NCBI GenBank assembly: GCA_963736285.1
Contig: CAVTOA010000003.1
Location: forward strand, 925,558 to 989,557
Direction of reading: 5' to 3'
DNA: 64,000 bases
Source: an uncultured Acidimicrobiales bacterium
GTDB taxonomy: Bacteria > Actinomycetota > Actinomycetes > Mycobacteriales > QHCE01
The position numbers and the translations under genes are program-made. The notes under the pieces are model-generated. The model was not told the DNA's origin and searched no databases. It saw only the letters and a list, made by a program, of their open reading frames with translations. Positions 1-10,326 of the stretch are shown piece by piece (position 1 is the first letter of the stretch; each line of letters opens with the position of its first letter).

Positions 1-1
1 T

Positions 2-184
2 GCCACCACAGTCAAAGACAGGATTGAGCTAGACCTGTCCGAGGTCGGCTACGACGACGAACGGCAAATAGGTTTCGTCCGTCAAGGTTCCGCGTGCATT
101 CCGCTTGCCCACACCGCCTTGGGCAGAACTACCACCGTTACGGGCCCGGTTGGGCGACCTAGCTACGACGAGATCCTCGACTAG
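2..184 (+). CDS. partial ORF (5' end outside window); candidate graspetide (omega-ester RiPP) precursor peptide
   Basis: Frame open from base 2 to TAG 182-184: ...RIELDLSEVGYDDERQIGFVRQGSACIPLAHTALGRTTTVTGPVGRPSYDEILD*. Thr-rich then Asp/Glu-rich tail. Ends 4 nt before the GGGAG-preceded ATG of the ATP-grasp gene. Confidence 0.3.
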   Translation, partial: ATTVKDRIELDLSEVGYDDERQIGFVRQGSACIPLAHTALGRTTTVTGPVGRPSYDEILD

Positions 185-188
185 GGAG

Positions 189-1154
189 ATGGCGGTGGAT
201 GGCGGCGCGGTACTTGTGCTCACCGCTCGTTTCGATCCCACCGCGGACTTGGTGGTCGAGGAGCTGACCGCCCGCAATGTGGCGGTTTTTCGTTGTGACA
301 GTGGGGATTTCCCAACCCGACTTCAGTTAAGCGCTGAGCTAAGTGGAGAGTGGTCTGGGAAGCTGTCTTCTCCGGCTCGATCGCTAGATTTAGGGCTCGT
401 CCGATCCGCGTACTATCGCCGCCCGTCCGCCTTTCGCATGCCACTCGATATCGCCCCACACGACGAATCGTGGGCAACTACCCAAGCACGGCTAGGGTTT
501 GGCGGAGTGCTCGCGGCCGTCCCCCGGTGGTTGAACCATCCCGCTCGCATCGGATCAGCGGGGTACAAGCCTGTGCAGCTCTCTGAGGCGATTAAGGCGG
601 GCCTCGCCGTACCGCGCACGTTGTTTACCAATGACCCGGCAGCGGCACGAGATTTCGCGGCCGACGTGGGTGCCGTGGTGTACAAGCCACTCGCGGGAAA
701 CGCCGGTGACGACCACGGGCAGCCGCTCGTCATTTACACCACAGACGTGTCTGGCAGCGACCTATCCGATCCGAGTATCGCCAGCACAGTCCATTTATTT
801 CAGCAGCGCATTGTCAAAGAGTATGAGGTGCGGTTAACGGTCATCGATGCGCAGTTTTTTGCTGCTCGCATCACCACTCGGTCGCCCGATGCACCGCTTG
901 ATTGGCGCGCCGATGTCCAGTCGTTGGAGTACACACTCATCGAGACACCGTCGCATATTCGAACGAGCGTGTCAGACCTCATGCGACGCTTGGGACTGCG
1001 GTTTGGTGCGCTGGACTTCGCGGTGACACCAGAAGGCGAATGGGTCTTCTTTGAAATCAACCCGAACGGACAGTGGGGTTGGATTCAGCAAGCGACCGGT
1101 GCGCCGCTAGCGGCAACCATCGCCCAGGCGTTGATGCCAGAGCCGGAGCATTAA
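189..1154 (+). CDS. ATP-grasp ribosomal-peptide maturase-like ligase (MdnC/MvdD type)
   Basis: ORF 105-1154, start moved to ATG 189 (RBS GGGAG, avoids overlapping the upstream ORF). C-terminal GLRFGALDFAVTPEGEWVFFEINPNGQWGWI and VVYKPLAG stretches resemble ATP-grasp RiPP maturases as I remember them. Confidence 0.6.
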   Translation: MAVDGGAVLVLTARFDPTADLVVEELTARNVAVFRCDSGDFPTRLQLSAELSGEWSGKLSSPARSLDLGLVRSAYYRRPSAFRMPLDIAPHDESWATTQARLGFGGVLAAVPRWLNHPARIGSAGYKPVQLSEAIKAGLAVPRTLFTNDPAAARDFAADVGAVVYKPLAGNAGDDHGQPLVIYTTDVSGSDLSDPSIASTVHLFQQRIVKEYEVRLTVIDAQFFAARITTRSPDAPLDWRADVQSLEYTLIETPSHIRTSVSDLMRRLGLRFGALDFAVTPEGEWVFFEINPNGQWGWIQQATGAPLAATIAQALMPEPEH

Positions 1155-1188
1155 TGGGCGCATTACCGGCAGAGCCCGCACTAGTCAG

Positions 1189-2334
1189 CTATTTGGCGTA
1201 TGAGCTGACCATGCGTACCTGACCGTCGCCTCTCGTGACCTCGCCGAGCACCCAGGCGTCGACATGCCGCGCCGCCAAGACGCTAAGCGTGCGGCGGGTA
1301 GCCGAGGCGGGAATGACCGCGACCATGCCCACACCCATATTGAGCGTGGTCTCCAAGTCGGATTGCTCGATGCCGCCCGTATGCTGCACCAAGCCAAAAA
1401 TCGGCTGTGGCGTCCACGAGGAACGGTCGACGACCGCGTCAGCATTTTCCGGCAGAACCCGGTTTAGATTGCCGGGGATGCCACCACCCGTGATGTGCGC
1501 GAACGCATGGATCTCCACCTCGTCGATCAATGCCCGGCAGTCCCGGGCATAGATCGTGGTGGGGGTAAGGAGTTCTTCACCGAGGGCCCGCTGGTTCCCC
1601 AGCTCGTCGATGGTCTGGTCGAGACCCATGCCCGCCTGCTCCAACAAGACCTTACGTACCAACGAGAAACCGTTGGAGTGCAGACCAGACGCGCGCATTG
1701 CGATCAGTACGTCGCCAACCTGAACCCGTTGTGCACCCAGCAAGAGATCGGCTTCGACTACGCCGACCCCGGTCGCCGAGATGTCGTATTCGTCCTCACT
1801 GAGCACCGCTGGGTGTTCGGCGATCTCGCCGCCGATCAGGGCGCAACCGGCCCAACGGCAGCCATCGCTGATGCCGCCGACGATGCGGGCGACCTTTTCG
1901 GGAACGACTTTTCCGCACGCCAAATAGTCCAGCAAAAACAACGGCTCGGCCCCGCAGACCGCCAGGTCGTCGACGACCATCGCGACCAAGTCGATTCCGA
2001 CGGTGTCGTGAATGCCCATTTTTTGAGCAATGACTAGCTTGGTGCCGACCCCATCGGTAGAGGAAGCCAAGAGCGGTTTGGTGTATTTCTCGGTGTCGAG
2101 AGCGAATAGGCCGGCAAAGCCGCCCAGGCCGCCAATGACTTCGGGGCGAAAAGTCTTGCGGGCCTGCGGCTTGATCAGCTCCACCGCGCGGTCGCCAGCG
2201 GCGATGTTGACTCCAGCCGCACTGTAGGCAGCACCAATCGTGGTGGGCATGGGCGCGTCGGTTGCGTGGGCAGCCTTGACGGGGCTGTCGGCAACGCTGC
2301 TGTCGTCATTAGCTTTGGCGATCAGGTCGCTCAC
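1189..2334 (-). CDS. purM: phosphoribosylformylglycinamidine cyclo-ligase (AIR synthetase)
   Basis: 381-aa ORF with GGLGGFAGLF and STDGVGTK motifs; next to purF. Confidence 0.95.
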   Translation of the reverse strand: MSDLIAKANDDSSVADSPVKAAHATDAPMPTTIGAAYSAAGVNIAAGDRAVELIKPQARKTFRPEVIGGLGGFAGLFALDTEKYTKPLLASSTDGVGTKLVIAQKMGIHDTVGIDLVAMVVDDLAVCGAEPLFLLDYLACGKVVPEKVARIVGGISDGCRWAGCALIGGEIAEHPAVLSEDEYDISATGVGVVEADLLLGAQRVQVGDVLIAMRASGLHSNGFSLVRKVLLEQAGMGLDQTIDELGNQRALGEELLTPTTIYARDCRALIDEVEIHAFAHITGGGIPGNLNRVLPENADAVVDRSSWTPQPIFGLVQHTGGIEQSDLETTLNMGVGMVAVIPASATRRTLSVLAARHVDAWVLGEVTRGDGQVRMVSSYAK

Positions 2335-2393
2335 GACCGGTCCCTTCCTGGGGGTGAAAAGCGTAAATGTGCACGTTGTGCCTGCACGAGGTT

Positions 2394-4118
2394 CTAGGTA
2401 ATGCGCATGGGTTCGGTGGTGGTCTCCATTGACGAGATCTCCGGCAACGTGGTCGGCGTGCTGTGCGGGGCGGTGGACTCAAGCACATGCTTACCTAGCG
2501 CCGCCGATACGTCTATGGGGTAGACGCCATCGAAACACGCTCGACACAACCGAGACTTGGGCTGCTCGGTAGCCGCGACCAGGCCATCCAAGGAGATATA
2601 CGCCAAGCTGTCGGCGCCAATAGAGGCGCGAATGTTGTCGATGTCGATGCCGTTCGCGATCAGTTCTGCCTTATTCGCGAAGTCGATCCCGTAGAAGCAC
2701 GGCCATTTCACTGGAGGTGAGGAAATACGGACGTGGACTTCGAGCGCGCCGGCCTCGCGGAGCATGCGGACGAGTGCCCGCTGTGTATTGCCTCGCACAA
2801 TGGAGTCGTCGACGACCACTAACCGCTTGCCGCGAATGACATCGCGCAACGGATTGAGTTTCAGGCGGATCCCCAGCTGGCGAATGCTCTGGGATGGCTG
2901 GATGAAAGTGCGCCCCACATAAGCGTTTTTGACAAGTCCAAGCCCGTACGGGATGCCGCTTTCCTGTGCGAATCCGACCGCGGCAGGCGTGCCCGACTCT
3001 GGTACGGGAATGACGAGGTCGGCTTCGACCGGTTGCTCTTGCGCCAAGCCGCGTCCCACTTGGACTCGGGTGGCGTGGACGCTTCTCCCAGCGATTGTGG
3101 TGTCCGGGCGGGCCAGATACACGTACTCGAAAATGCATCCCTTGGGTTCGGGAGCCGCGAAACGCTCGGACCGCAGTCCGTTCTCGTCAATGGCCAGGAG
3201 CTCGCCGGGTTCTACCTCCCGGACAAAGGAGGCGCCCACAATGTCGAGTGCTGCGGTCTCGCTGGCGACGACCCATCCACGTTCTAGCCTGCCCAGCGAC
3301 AATGGCCGCACCCCATTAGCATCGCGAGCGGCGTAGAGCGTGGTTTCGTCCATAAACACGAAGCTGAACGCGCCACGTATTGTCGGCAACAGTTTGAGGG
3401 CTGCGGCCTGTAGTGATATGTCGGACTCGGCAGCGAGGAGGCTCGCGACCAGGGCTGTATCGCTGGTGCTTGCCACGCTGGAACTAGCAACGCCACGGCA
3501 CTCTACCTCGGCCGCGAGCTCAGACGTGTTTACTAGATTGCCGTTGTGTGCAAGCGCGACAGTGACACCGTCCGGAGTGGACCGCAGTGTGGGTTGGGAA
3601 TTCTCCCAGGTAGGCCCGCCAGTGGTGGAGTAGCGGGTGTGTCCGATCGCGATGTCGCCCTGCAACGATGCCAGAGTAGCCTCGTCAAAGACCTGTGAGA
3701 CCAGACCAAGCTCTTTATAAACCACAAGCCGTGACCGGTCGCTAATCGCAATACCGGCGGCCTCTTGGCCACGGTGTTGTAGCGCGTACAAACCGAAGTA
3801 GGTGAGCTTAGCTACCTCTTCGCCGGGGGCCCATACACCGAAAACGCCACAAGCGTCTTGTGGGCCCTTGTCGTGGGGGTCAATGTCGTGCGTGAGTTTG
3901 CCGTCGCCTCTGGGCACGGAACCTAGTCTAGTTGACGCCAGTAATTCGAATGCATTGCCGTTGGGTAACGGGTGCAACGGTCTCCTGCCGCGCCCGGAGA
4001 CTGTGTCCTGATAGGTCGCACCCCCGCGAGCGTGTGCGCCGCGCCTGGGGTTGCGTGGTCGCACCTTCTGGGGTTTCATGTCCCGCATGAATGCGCCGCA
4101 CGTCGTGAGCCCCGTCAT
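2394..4118 (-). CDS. purF: amidophosphoribosyltransferase
   Basis: CGVFGVWAP N-terminal nucleophile Cys after a propeptide, VVVDDSIVRGNT PRPP loop, C-terminal Cys ligands (CFYGID, CRACFDG). True start may be ATG 4088 or 4079 rather than 4118. Confidence 0.95.
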   Translation of the reverse strand: MTGLTTCGAFMRDMKPQKVRPRNPRRGAHARGGATYQDTVSGRGRRPLHPLPNGNAFELLASTRLGSVPRGDGKLTHDIDPHDKGPQDACGVFGVWAPGEEVAKLTYFGLYALQHRGQEAAGIAISDRSRLVVYKELGLVSQVFDEATLASLQGDIAIGHTRYSTTGGPTWENSQPTLRSTPDGVTVALAHNGNLVNTSELAAEVECRGVASSSVASTSDTALVASLLAAESDISLQAAALKLLPTIRGAFSFVFMDETTLYAARDANGVRPLSLGRLERGWVVASETAALDIVGASFVREVEPGELLAIDENGLRSERFAAPEPKGCIFEYVYLARPDTTIAGRSVHATRVQVGRGLAQEQPVEADLVIPVPESGTPAAVGFAQESGIPYGLGLVKNAYVGRTFIQPSQSIRQLGIRLKLNPLRDVIRGKRLVVVDDSIVRGNTQRALVRMLREAGALEVHVRISSPPVKWPCFYGIDFANKAELIANGIDIDNIRASIGADSLAYISLDGLVAATEQPKSRLCRACFDGVYPIDVSAALGKHVLESTAPHSTPTTLPEISSMETTTEPMRIT

Positions 4119-4334
4119 GGATGCCGCTCCCGCTGTCGTGCCTACGTGCTGTGCGCCATGTACTCACATCGACATGTGTTGTTGTCGCTAAATCTTGGCG
4201 ATCTTTCATTTTGCTTAGGCGGCTAGCTGTCCGCTCGGTCGCGACTAATAGCTGAGCGCGCTGAATTCTTGCGTTCTCGCTTCCCTGCTCTTTGTCCGTT
4301 GCCAGCAATGGTGGCGATGCCACGGGAATCACAC

Positions 4335-4976
4335 ATGAGCCTTGTTCTTAACCGTTCCGCTGTCGTATCTTCTGCCACGTATCCCCTGGCCGCGGCCTAT
4401 CTTGCGCAGCTGCCGGATGCTCAACGAGAGACCGTCAGGCGCGCGCTGGCAACACTAGAGTCAGCCGATCAGCACCAGTTGTGGGGTCTATTCGACATGC
4501 TGGCACGCCGAGCCTGCCGGGAACGGGAACTGTTGGAGACATATCTTTTCGCCCCGTCACGGTGGGGGATTACCGCCCTACACCGGATGGCAACCGACTT
4601 GGCGCACCCTGGTCTGCGTCATCTAGGCCCGACATTAGGTAGTGCGCGGACACTTACGTGGCTGCTGTATCGAGAGGCCATTCAACAGTCCGATGTGTGG
4701 TTGATGAGCGTGCCCGCGGGCTTTCGTGGCCGGATTAATGCGGGAAGGAGTTCAGTGGTGGCGAGGGTGTTGACCGGCCGGGGCATTCGGTTCACTCACT
4801 CTGGTCGGCTGGAAAACCGTCAGTTTTCCGACCGTGCCGCTGCCGATCTGCCAGGTGCCAACACATGGCTGCACGTGAGCAAAGAGTCCGCCGTGACCGC
4901 ACTGCTGGTCGCGTCACCAGCCCTAGCACCTCAACACGGCGGTGATTGGCTCACGCCGCTAAGCCAGTGGCAGTAG
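4335..4976 (+). CDS. hypothetical protein (no recognisable family)
   Basis: ORF 4269-4976; ATG 4335 preceded by GGGAA; third-position GC looks coding. 3' end overlaps the convergent SCP-like gene by 18 nt. Confidence 0.4.
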   Translation: MSLVLNRSAVVSSATYPLAAAYLAQLPDAQRETVRRALATLESADQHQLWGLFDMLARRACRERELLETYLFAPSRWGITALHRMATDLAHPGLRHLGPTLGSARTLTWLLYREAIQQSDVWLMSVPAGFRGRINAGRSSVVARVLTGRGIRFTHSGRLENRQFSDRAAADLPGANTWLHVSKESAVTALLVASPALAPQHGGDWLTPLSQWQ

Positions 4977-5330
4977 CAGCGAGAGATTAGCGAGGACTCC
5001 GCTGGCGGTGACCCTGCCGTCAGCTACCGCGTCCGCCCAATGCACCTGCCCAGTGCCGAGCTCGATCCAAGTACGAGCGTCGGTTTCGATTACGTTTGGC
5101 GGTGTACCTCGAGTGTGCTGAGGACCGCCCGAAGCAGCTCCACATTGGACGGCGCCATATGGCGGAACCCGAACCTCGATGGAACGCCCCGGTGCTCGTT
5201 GAGCCAGCGCTGTGAGCAGGTGTAACACGGCGCGCTGCAGCAGCGCCGGTGCGGGGTCGGTGCTGGCGGCAAAAGCCGCCAGCACCGCATCCACCGCCGT
5301 AGAGTCGTTGACTGCCCGAACCATCCGCAC
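4959..5330 (-). CDS. sterol-carrier (SCP2-like) family protein, Rv0807-like
   Basis: 123 aa. C-terminal ...[25 protein letters not shown] resembles the SCP2-like tail of small actinobacterial proteins found beside purF. Call is from memory of the family. Confidence 0.5.
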   Translation of the reverse strand: MRMVRAVNDSTAVDAVLAAFAASTDPAPALLQRAVLHLLTALAQRAPGRSIEVRVPPYGAVQCGAASGGPQHTRGTPPNVIETDARTWIELGTGQVHWADAVADGRVTASGVLANLSLLLPLA

Positions 5331-5342
5331 GTACCTCCGCTG

Positions 5343-5372
5343 CGTCGAGCTAGACCACGTCGAGCCAGACCA
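5343..5372. repeat. 2 x 15-bp tandem direct repeat
   Basis: CGTCGAGCTAGACCA CGTCGAGCCAGACCA (14/15 identical) in the 62-bp spacer between the purL stop and the SCP-like gene start. Confidence 0.85.
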
Positions 5373-5392
5373 TAGAAACCGTTGTGGTGGTG

Positions 5393-7693
5393 CTACTCGG
5401 CCGAACCAAACAGAGCGGGCAAAGTCTGCTGATGCGCCTGCCTAAGTTCCGACAATGGCACGACGAACTGGCCTTCTACCTCCAGCGTCCTTTGCACGCT
5501 GTCCACCACGCCTAATGGTGTTACCGGGACTCCGCGCGTTTCGCAGATCTGGGTAAAGCGCCGCGCGTTTTCTGGAGGCATGGCAACCAGGGTTCGAGCT
5601 GTCGATTCGCTGAACAGCCAGACAAACGGATCGGTGCCTGCCGGCAGGCACACCGTGGCGCCGATGTTATTACGCAAGACCGTCTCTGCGAGCGTCTGCG
5701 CCAGGCCACCGTCGGAAATATCGTGTGCGGCGGTCAGCAGACCCTCGTGAGAAGCGGCGAGCATGACATCGGCCAATGCTCGCTCCGCGGCGAAGTCGAC
5801 TCGCGGTGGCTGACCACCGGCGTGCCCATGTACCACCCAGGCCCATTCCGAACCCGAAAGTTCTTCGCGTACCTCGCCCAACAACATGAGAGTGTCACCG
5901 TGGTTCCGCAAACCCATCGGGGTTCGTTGGGCAACGTTGTCGATTACCCCCAGCACCCCAATGACAGGCGTGGGGTTGATGGCTGTGGTGTCAGTCTGGT
6001 TGTAAAAGCTGACGTTTCCGCCGGTCACTGGCGTGCCAAGCTCCAGGCAGCCGTCGGCCAAACCGCGTGTGGCCTCCGCGAATTGCCACATCACGGCGGG
6101 ATCCTCAGGACTCCCAAAATTGAGGCAATTGGTTACGGCGATGGGACGCGCACCGGTGACCGCGACGTTGCGATACGCCTCTGCCAAGGCGAGCTGGGCG
6201 CCGAGATAAGGATCGAGCCGGGCATAGCGACCGTTCCCGTCGGTGGCGAGCGCGATGCCACGTCCGGTCTGCTCACTGAGTCGAATGACTCCAGCGTCTT
6301 CGGGTTGAGCCAAGACCGTGTTGCCCATCACGTAGTGGTCGTACTGCTCCGTGACCCACTGACGGCTGCACAGATTTGGGCTAGCGATGAGCCGAAGCAT
6401 GGTCTCGCGAAGTTCATCCGAGGTGGACGGACGAGTCAGTGTCTCGGCGCGGTCGGCTTGCAACAAGTCTTGGTCTGCTGGTTTTTGAGCCGGGCGTTGG
6501 TAGATCGGACCATCATCGGCCAGACTCGCCGGCGGCACGTCTACGACCGTGCTCTCCCCCCAAGTGATGACCAGCCGATCCGAGTCGGTCACGGTGCCAA
6601 TAGCGGTGGCGAGCACTCCCCACTTGGCGGCGACTGCCAGCACTTGCCGCAGATGCTGTGGTTCGACTATGGCGAGCATGCGTTCCTGCGACTCGCTGGC
6701 AAGAATTTCGTGCGGCTCCATGCTGGCTTCGCGGAGGGGCACGCGCTCGAGGGCCACATGCATGCCGGAACGCCCCGCCGCTGCGGTCTCTGTAGTCGCG
6801 CAGGTCAGGCCAGCGCCACCGAGGTCTTGAATGCCCGAAATGAGCCCTTGCGCGAACAGTTCTAGACAACATTCGATCAGGAGTTTTTCGGTGAACGGAT
6901 CGCCCACCTGCACGCTGGGGCGCCGCTGGTGGCTCTCGTCGTCGAAGGTGGCCGATGCCAGGACGGAGACGCCGCCAATGCCGTCGCGCCCGGTCTTGGC
7001 CCCGAGTAGTACCACCACGTTGCCGACTCCAGTAGCTGCCGAACGTTGGATCGCATGCGCCGGCATGACGCCCACACACAACGCGTTCACCAGCGGATTT
7101 CCCTGGTATGAAGGGTCGAAGACAACCTCGCCGCCAACATTTGGCAGGCCCAAGCAGTCGCCGTATCCGGCGACTCCCGCCACTACACCAGGTAGGACGC
7201 GTGCGGTGTCCGGATGCTCGGCGGCGCCAAAACGCAGCGAATCCATGACCGCGATGGGCCGGGCTCCCATGGTCAAAATGTCGCGAACGATGCCGCCCAC
7301 CCCGGTTGCGGCGCCCTGGTACGGCTCCACATAACTGGGGTGATTGTGGCTCTCAATTTTGAAGGTGACCGCAAGCCCGTCGCCCACGTCGACAACGCCG
7401 GCGTTCTCGCCCATGCCCACCAGCAAAATGTCTTGTGCTTGTGGCGGAATCTTCTCGCCGAACTGTCGTAAGTGGACTTTGCTGGACTTGTATGAGCAGT
7501 GCTCGCTCCACATGATCGAGTACATGGCCAGTTCGGTCTGGGTAGGACGACGACCAAGGATTTCGCAGATTTTGGTGTACTCGTCCTCTTTGAGGCCGAG
7601 CTCGGCAAAAGGTTGGGCCAGCTCGGCGGACTCGGCCGCGTACCGCACTGTGTCAACGGCGGGAGCTAACTCCGAAAGGGATTCCGTGCTCAT
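5393..7693 (-). CDS. purL: phosphoribosylformylglycinamidine synthase subunit PurL
   Basis: 766 aa; [21 protein letters not shown] motif; duplicated PurM-like domains; 4-nt overlap with purQ. Confidence 0.95.
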   Translation of the reverse strand: MSTESLSELAPAVDTVRYAAESAELAQPFAELGLKEDEYTKICEILGRRPTQTELAMYSIMWSEHCSYKSSKVHLRQFGEKIPPQAQDILLVGMGENAGVVDVGDGLAVTFKIESHNHPSYVEPYQGAATGVGGIVRDILTMGARPIAVMDSLRFGAAEHPDTARVLPGVVAGVAGYGDCLGLPNVGGEVVFDPSYQGNPLVNALCVGVMPAHAIQRSAATGVGNVVVLLGAKTGRDGIGGVSVLASATFDDESHQRRPSVQVGDPFTEKLLIECCLELFAQGLISGIQDLGGAGLTCATTETAAAGRSGMHVALERVPLREASMEPHEILASESQERMLAIVEPQHLRQVLAVAAKWGVLATAIGTVTDSDRLVITWGESTVVDVPPASLADDGPIYQRPAQKPADQDLLQADRAETLTRPSTSDELRETMLRLIASPNLCSRQWVTEQYDHYVMGNTVLAQPEDAGVIRLSEQTGRGIALATDGNGRYARLDPYLGAQLALAEAYRNVAVTGARPIAVTNCLNFGSPEDPAVMWQFAEATRGLADGCLELGTPVTGGNVSFYNQTDTTAINPTPVIGVLGVIDNVAQRTPMGLRNHGDTLMLLGEVREELSGSEWAWVVHGHAGGQPPRVDFAAERALADVMLAASHEGLLTAAHDISDGGLAQTLAETVLRNNIGATVCLPAGTDPFVWLFSESTARTLVAMPPENARRFTQICETRGVPVTPLGVVDSVQRTLEVEGQFVVPLSELRQAHQQTLPALFGSAE

Positions 7694-8409
7694 GACACCA
7701 ACTTCCGCAAAGCAGAGACGAAGAAACCGAGCCCATCTGTGGATGGTCCGGTCAACAGATCCGTGGCATATTCTGGGTGCGGCATGAGCCCCACGACGTT
7801 GCCGGCGCTGTTGCTGATCCCGGCGATGTTGCGCATCGCGCCACTTGGGTCGCTGCCCAGATAGCGTGCGACGACCCGCCCGTCCGCTTCTAACTCGTCC
7901 AAAGTGGACTCATTGGCAACGTAGCGACCTTCGCCGTTTTTAATCGGAATGAGCACCTCGGCGCCAGGCTCATATGTGTTGGTCCATGCGGTCTGGGTCG
8001 ACTCAATACGCAGCAGCTGATCACGAGCGCGAAAATGCCGGTGCTGATTACGGACCAGAGCGCCGGGCAGCAGATGAGACTCGCACAAAATCTGGAATCC
8101 GTTGCAAATGCCCAACACCGGAAGTCCCTGGCCCGCCGCGCCGATAATGCTGCTCATGGCCGGGGAGAACCGGGCGATCGCGCCGCAGCGCAGGTAATCG
8201 CCATAGGAGAAGCCGCCGGGCAGCACCACCGCGTCAACCCCATGTAGGTCGGGGTCGTTATGCCACAGCGCCACCGGCTGCCCCCCGGCCCTCGCCACCG
8301 CGCGTAGCGCCTGCTGGTCGTCGAGCGATCCCGGGAAGGTGACGACTCCAATGCGTGCGCCCTCAGCGGGGGCTACAGGAGCTGACGATGATCCTAACGG
8401 AGCTGTCAC
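7690..8409 (-). CDS. purQ: phosphoribosylformylglycinamidine synthase glutaminase subunit PurQ
   Basis: GICNGFQIL catalytic Cys and MPHPE His/Glu motif; overlaps purL and purS by 4 nt each. Confidence 0.95.
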   Translation of the reverse strand: MTAPLGSSSAPVAPAEGARIGVVTFPGSLDDQQALRAVARAGGQPVALWHNDPDLHGVDAVVLPGGFSYGDYLRCGAIARFSPAMSSIIGAAGQGLPVLGICNGFQILCESHLLPGALVRNQHRHFRARDQLLRIESTQTAWTNTYEPGAEVLIPIKNGEGRYVANESTLDELEADGRVVARYLGSDPSGAMRNIAGISNSAGNVVGLMPHPEYATDLLTGPSTDGLGFFVSALRKLVS

Positions 8410-8666
8410 TGGTTAGCCTCCGGGTCTTCCAGCCGTACCCGGAAGTCCTCAATCGCCGGATTAGCGAGCATGGTTGCTGCTATTCGTTCCACCTCGGCGA
8501 GCTGTTGATCTTCGGATCCGTCGGTCAGTTCGAGCTCGAACCGTTTGCCCTGCCGCACGTTGGCCACTCCGGAAAATCCGAGAGTGGGCAAGGCATTGAC
8601 AATCGCTTGCCCTTGCGGATCGAGGATTTCAGGCTTGAGCATGACGTCGACCACGACGCGTGCCAT
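8406..8666 (-). CDS. purS: phosphoribosylformylglycinamidine synthase subunit PurS
   Basis: 86 aa; [18 protein letters not shown] motif; operon position ahead of purQ-purL. Confidence 0.9.
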   Translation of the reverse strand: MARVVVDVMLKPEILDPQGQAIVNALPTLGFSGVANVRQGKRFELELTDGSEDQQLAEVERIAATMLANPAIEDFRVRLEDPEANQ

Positions 8667-8808
8667 GAGAGCTCCTTAGCGTGAGGAAACCACAGATCGT
8701 TCTTGTGAAAGCGGCCGAGAACGTCCTCCAGGTTACCGGTCAGGTCCTTAGTACTGTGACCAGCGTTGTAAAGGCACAAGTGGACGCAACCACCGTTAAG
8801 CTCTCGTC

Positions 8809-10167
8809 ATGACCCAGCCCCCACCTGAGCAGCCCCGGGCCGGGTTCGGCATGGGGCAGGATGGGTATTCGGCCGACATGGGAAGAGCCGCTCTGCACGG
8901 CAACGGTGGCGCCTACCCGATCCCCATTGCTGGTTCCATGCGGCTACACCAGCCCACTCCTTGGTATAGCCGGCGACTCGTCCACGTGCTCTTGGGTATC
9001 GCTGGTGTGGCGATCATCGTCCTCGGTGCCGCCGTCATGCTGCTGGTCTTGACTGAAAACCTTGGCATTGGTGTGTTGCTGCTGGCAGCTTCCGTGGCGA
9101 TTTTGCCGGTCCCGTTTTTGCTATTGGCGTTAATGTGGCTTGACCGCTATGAGCCCGAGCCTGCCCATTACCTGGTGTTCTCCTTTTTCTGGGGGGCTTT
9201 TGTTGCGACCGCGGTCGCCTTGTTAGTGAACTCTGTGGGCATCGAGATCTTTGCCGGGCCAAGCTCCAATCGTGCTACCAAGCTCACCGCAATCTTTGTG
9301 GCGCCACCGGCCGAAGAGATCGCCAAAGCCCTGCCTCTCTTCATTTTCTTAGTGTTAGCAGCCCTCGGCCGACGTCCGATCAATGGAGTGATCGACGGTA
9401 TCGTGTATGCGGGCATGTCTGCCGTCGGGTTCGCCTTCGTGGAGAACATTCTGTATTTCGGTCAGGCATATCTGTTAGGCAAGGCAAACAACCATGGCAA
9501 CGGCTTGTCCGGCCTCTTCGCACTATTTGGCACCTTCATTTTGCGAGGGGTGATGTCGCCTTTCGCACACCCCTTGTTTACGTGTATGACCGGCATCGGC
9601 GTGGGAATCGCGGTCCGGCATCGCAGTAGAGTAGTCCGGGTTGTTGCCCCACTACTGGGACTTTCGCTAGCGATCTCGCTGCATTCGTTCTGGAACCTGC
9701 TGGCCACCAGCGGAAATCTGCTGTGGCTCGCGGGGGGCTACGTCGGCCTCATGGTGCCGCTGTTTGTAGCCCTGGTGGTGGTGGCGGTGTGGATGCGGTC
9801 GCGTGAGGCGAAGCTGGTAGGACAAATTTTGCCGCCCTACGTGGCTGCCGGCTGGCTTTCCCGTAACGAGCTGGTCAGTATGAGCACGCTTGGTGGCCGT
9901 CGTGCCGCCCGCACCTGGGCCGGCGTCTTTGGGGGTCAGCAGGCAACAAAGGCGATGCAAGACTTTCAGCTGGCAGCGACCAAGCTGGCGTTGCTGCGAG
10001 AATCCGCGCTCAATGGTCGACGGCCCCTCGACTACCAGGAAACAGAATTGTCGTTGCTATCCACCATGGCGTCGTGCCGTCACGTCTTTAGCGTCCATGC
10101 CGCTGCCGCGACCCAGCGCTGGTTGCGCCACCGGGCGCCTCCCAGTCGTCCCGAACTGACGCCTTAA
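8809..10167 (+). CDS. PrsW-family intramembrane metalloprotease
   Basis: Multi-TM protein with EEIAK, FAFVENILY and HSFWN motifs typical of the PrsW family. Confidence 0.8.
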   Translation: MTQPPPEQPRAGFGMGQDGYSADMGRAALHGNGGAYPIPIAGSMRLHQPTPWYSRRLVHVLLGIAGVAIIVLGAAVMLLVLTENLGIGVLLLAASVAILPVPFLLLALMWLDRYEPEPAHYLVFSFFWGAFVATAVALLVNSVGIEIFAGPSSNRATKLTAIFVAPPAEEIAKALPLFIFLVLAALGRRPINGVIDGIVYAGMSAVGFAFVENILYFGQAYLLGKANNHGNGLSGLFALFGTFILRGVMSPFAHPLFTCMTGIGVGIAVRHRSRVVRVVAPLLGLSLAISLHSFWNLLATSGNLLWLAGGYVGLMVPLFVALVVVAVWMRSREAKLVGQILPPYVAAGWLSRNELVSMSTLGGRRAARTWAGVFGGQQATKAMQDFQLAATKLALLRESALNGRRPLDYQETELSLLSTMASCRHVFSVHAAAATQRWLRHRAPPSRPELTP

Positions 10168-10281
10168 GCGCTGACGCTGACCAAGTTCAGTCCATTAGCC
10201 GGATTACTGCCGGCCGACGCGACCGAGCGATCGAGCTAAGCCCAGAACAAGCGGTCAAAGATTGAGCGGTCCCGGGATGGC

Positions 10282-10326
10282 CGGTAAGAGGAATATCGGT
10301 AAGAGGTGTAGCGGTCAGAGGTATAG
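10282..10326. repeat. 3 x 15-bp tandem direct repeat
   Basis: CGGTAAGAGGAATAT CGGTAAGAGGTGTAG CGGTCAGAGGTATAG. The third unit overlaps the stop codon/3' end of the GroES-like gene. Confidence 0.85.

Noticed and set aside
29-277. 82-aa minus-strand ORF at the left edge
   Set aside because: It is antisense to the candidate precursor ORF and the ATP-grasp start. Ser/Thr/Ala-rich translation is typical of high-GC antisense frames, and there is no RBS.
5723-6865. 380-aa plus-strand ORF
   Set aside because: It lies entirely antisense to purL, whose identity is unambiguous. It is a high-GC shadow ORF.
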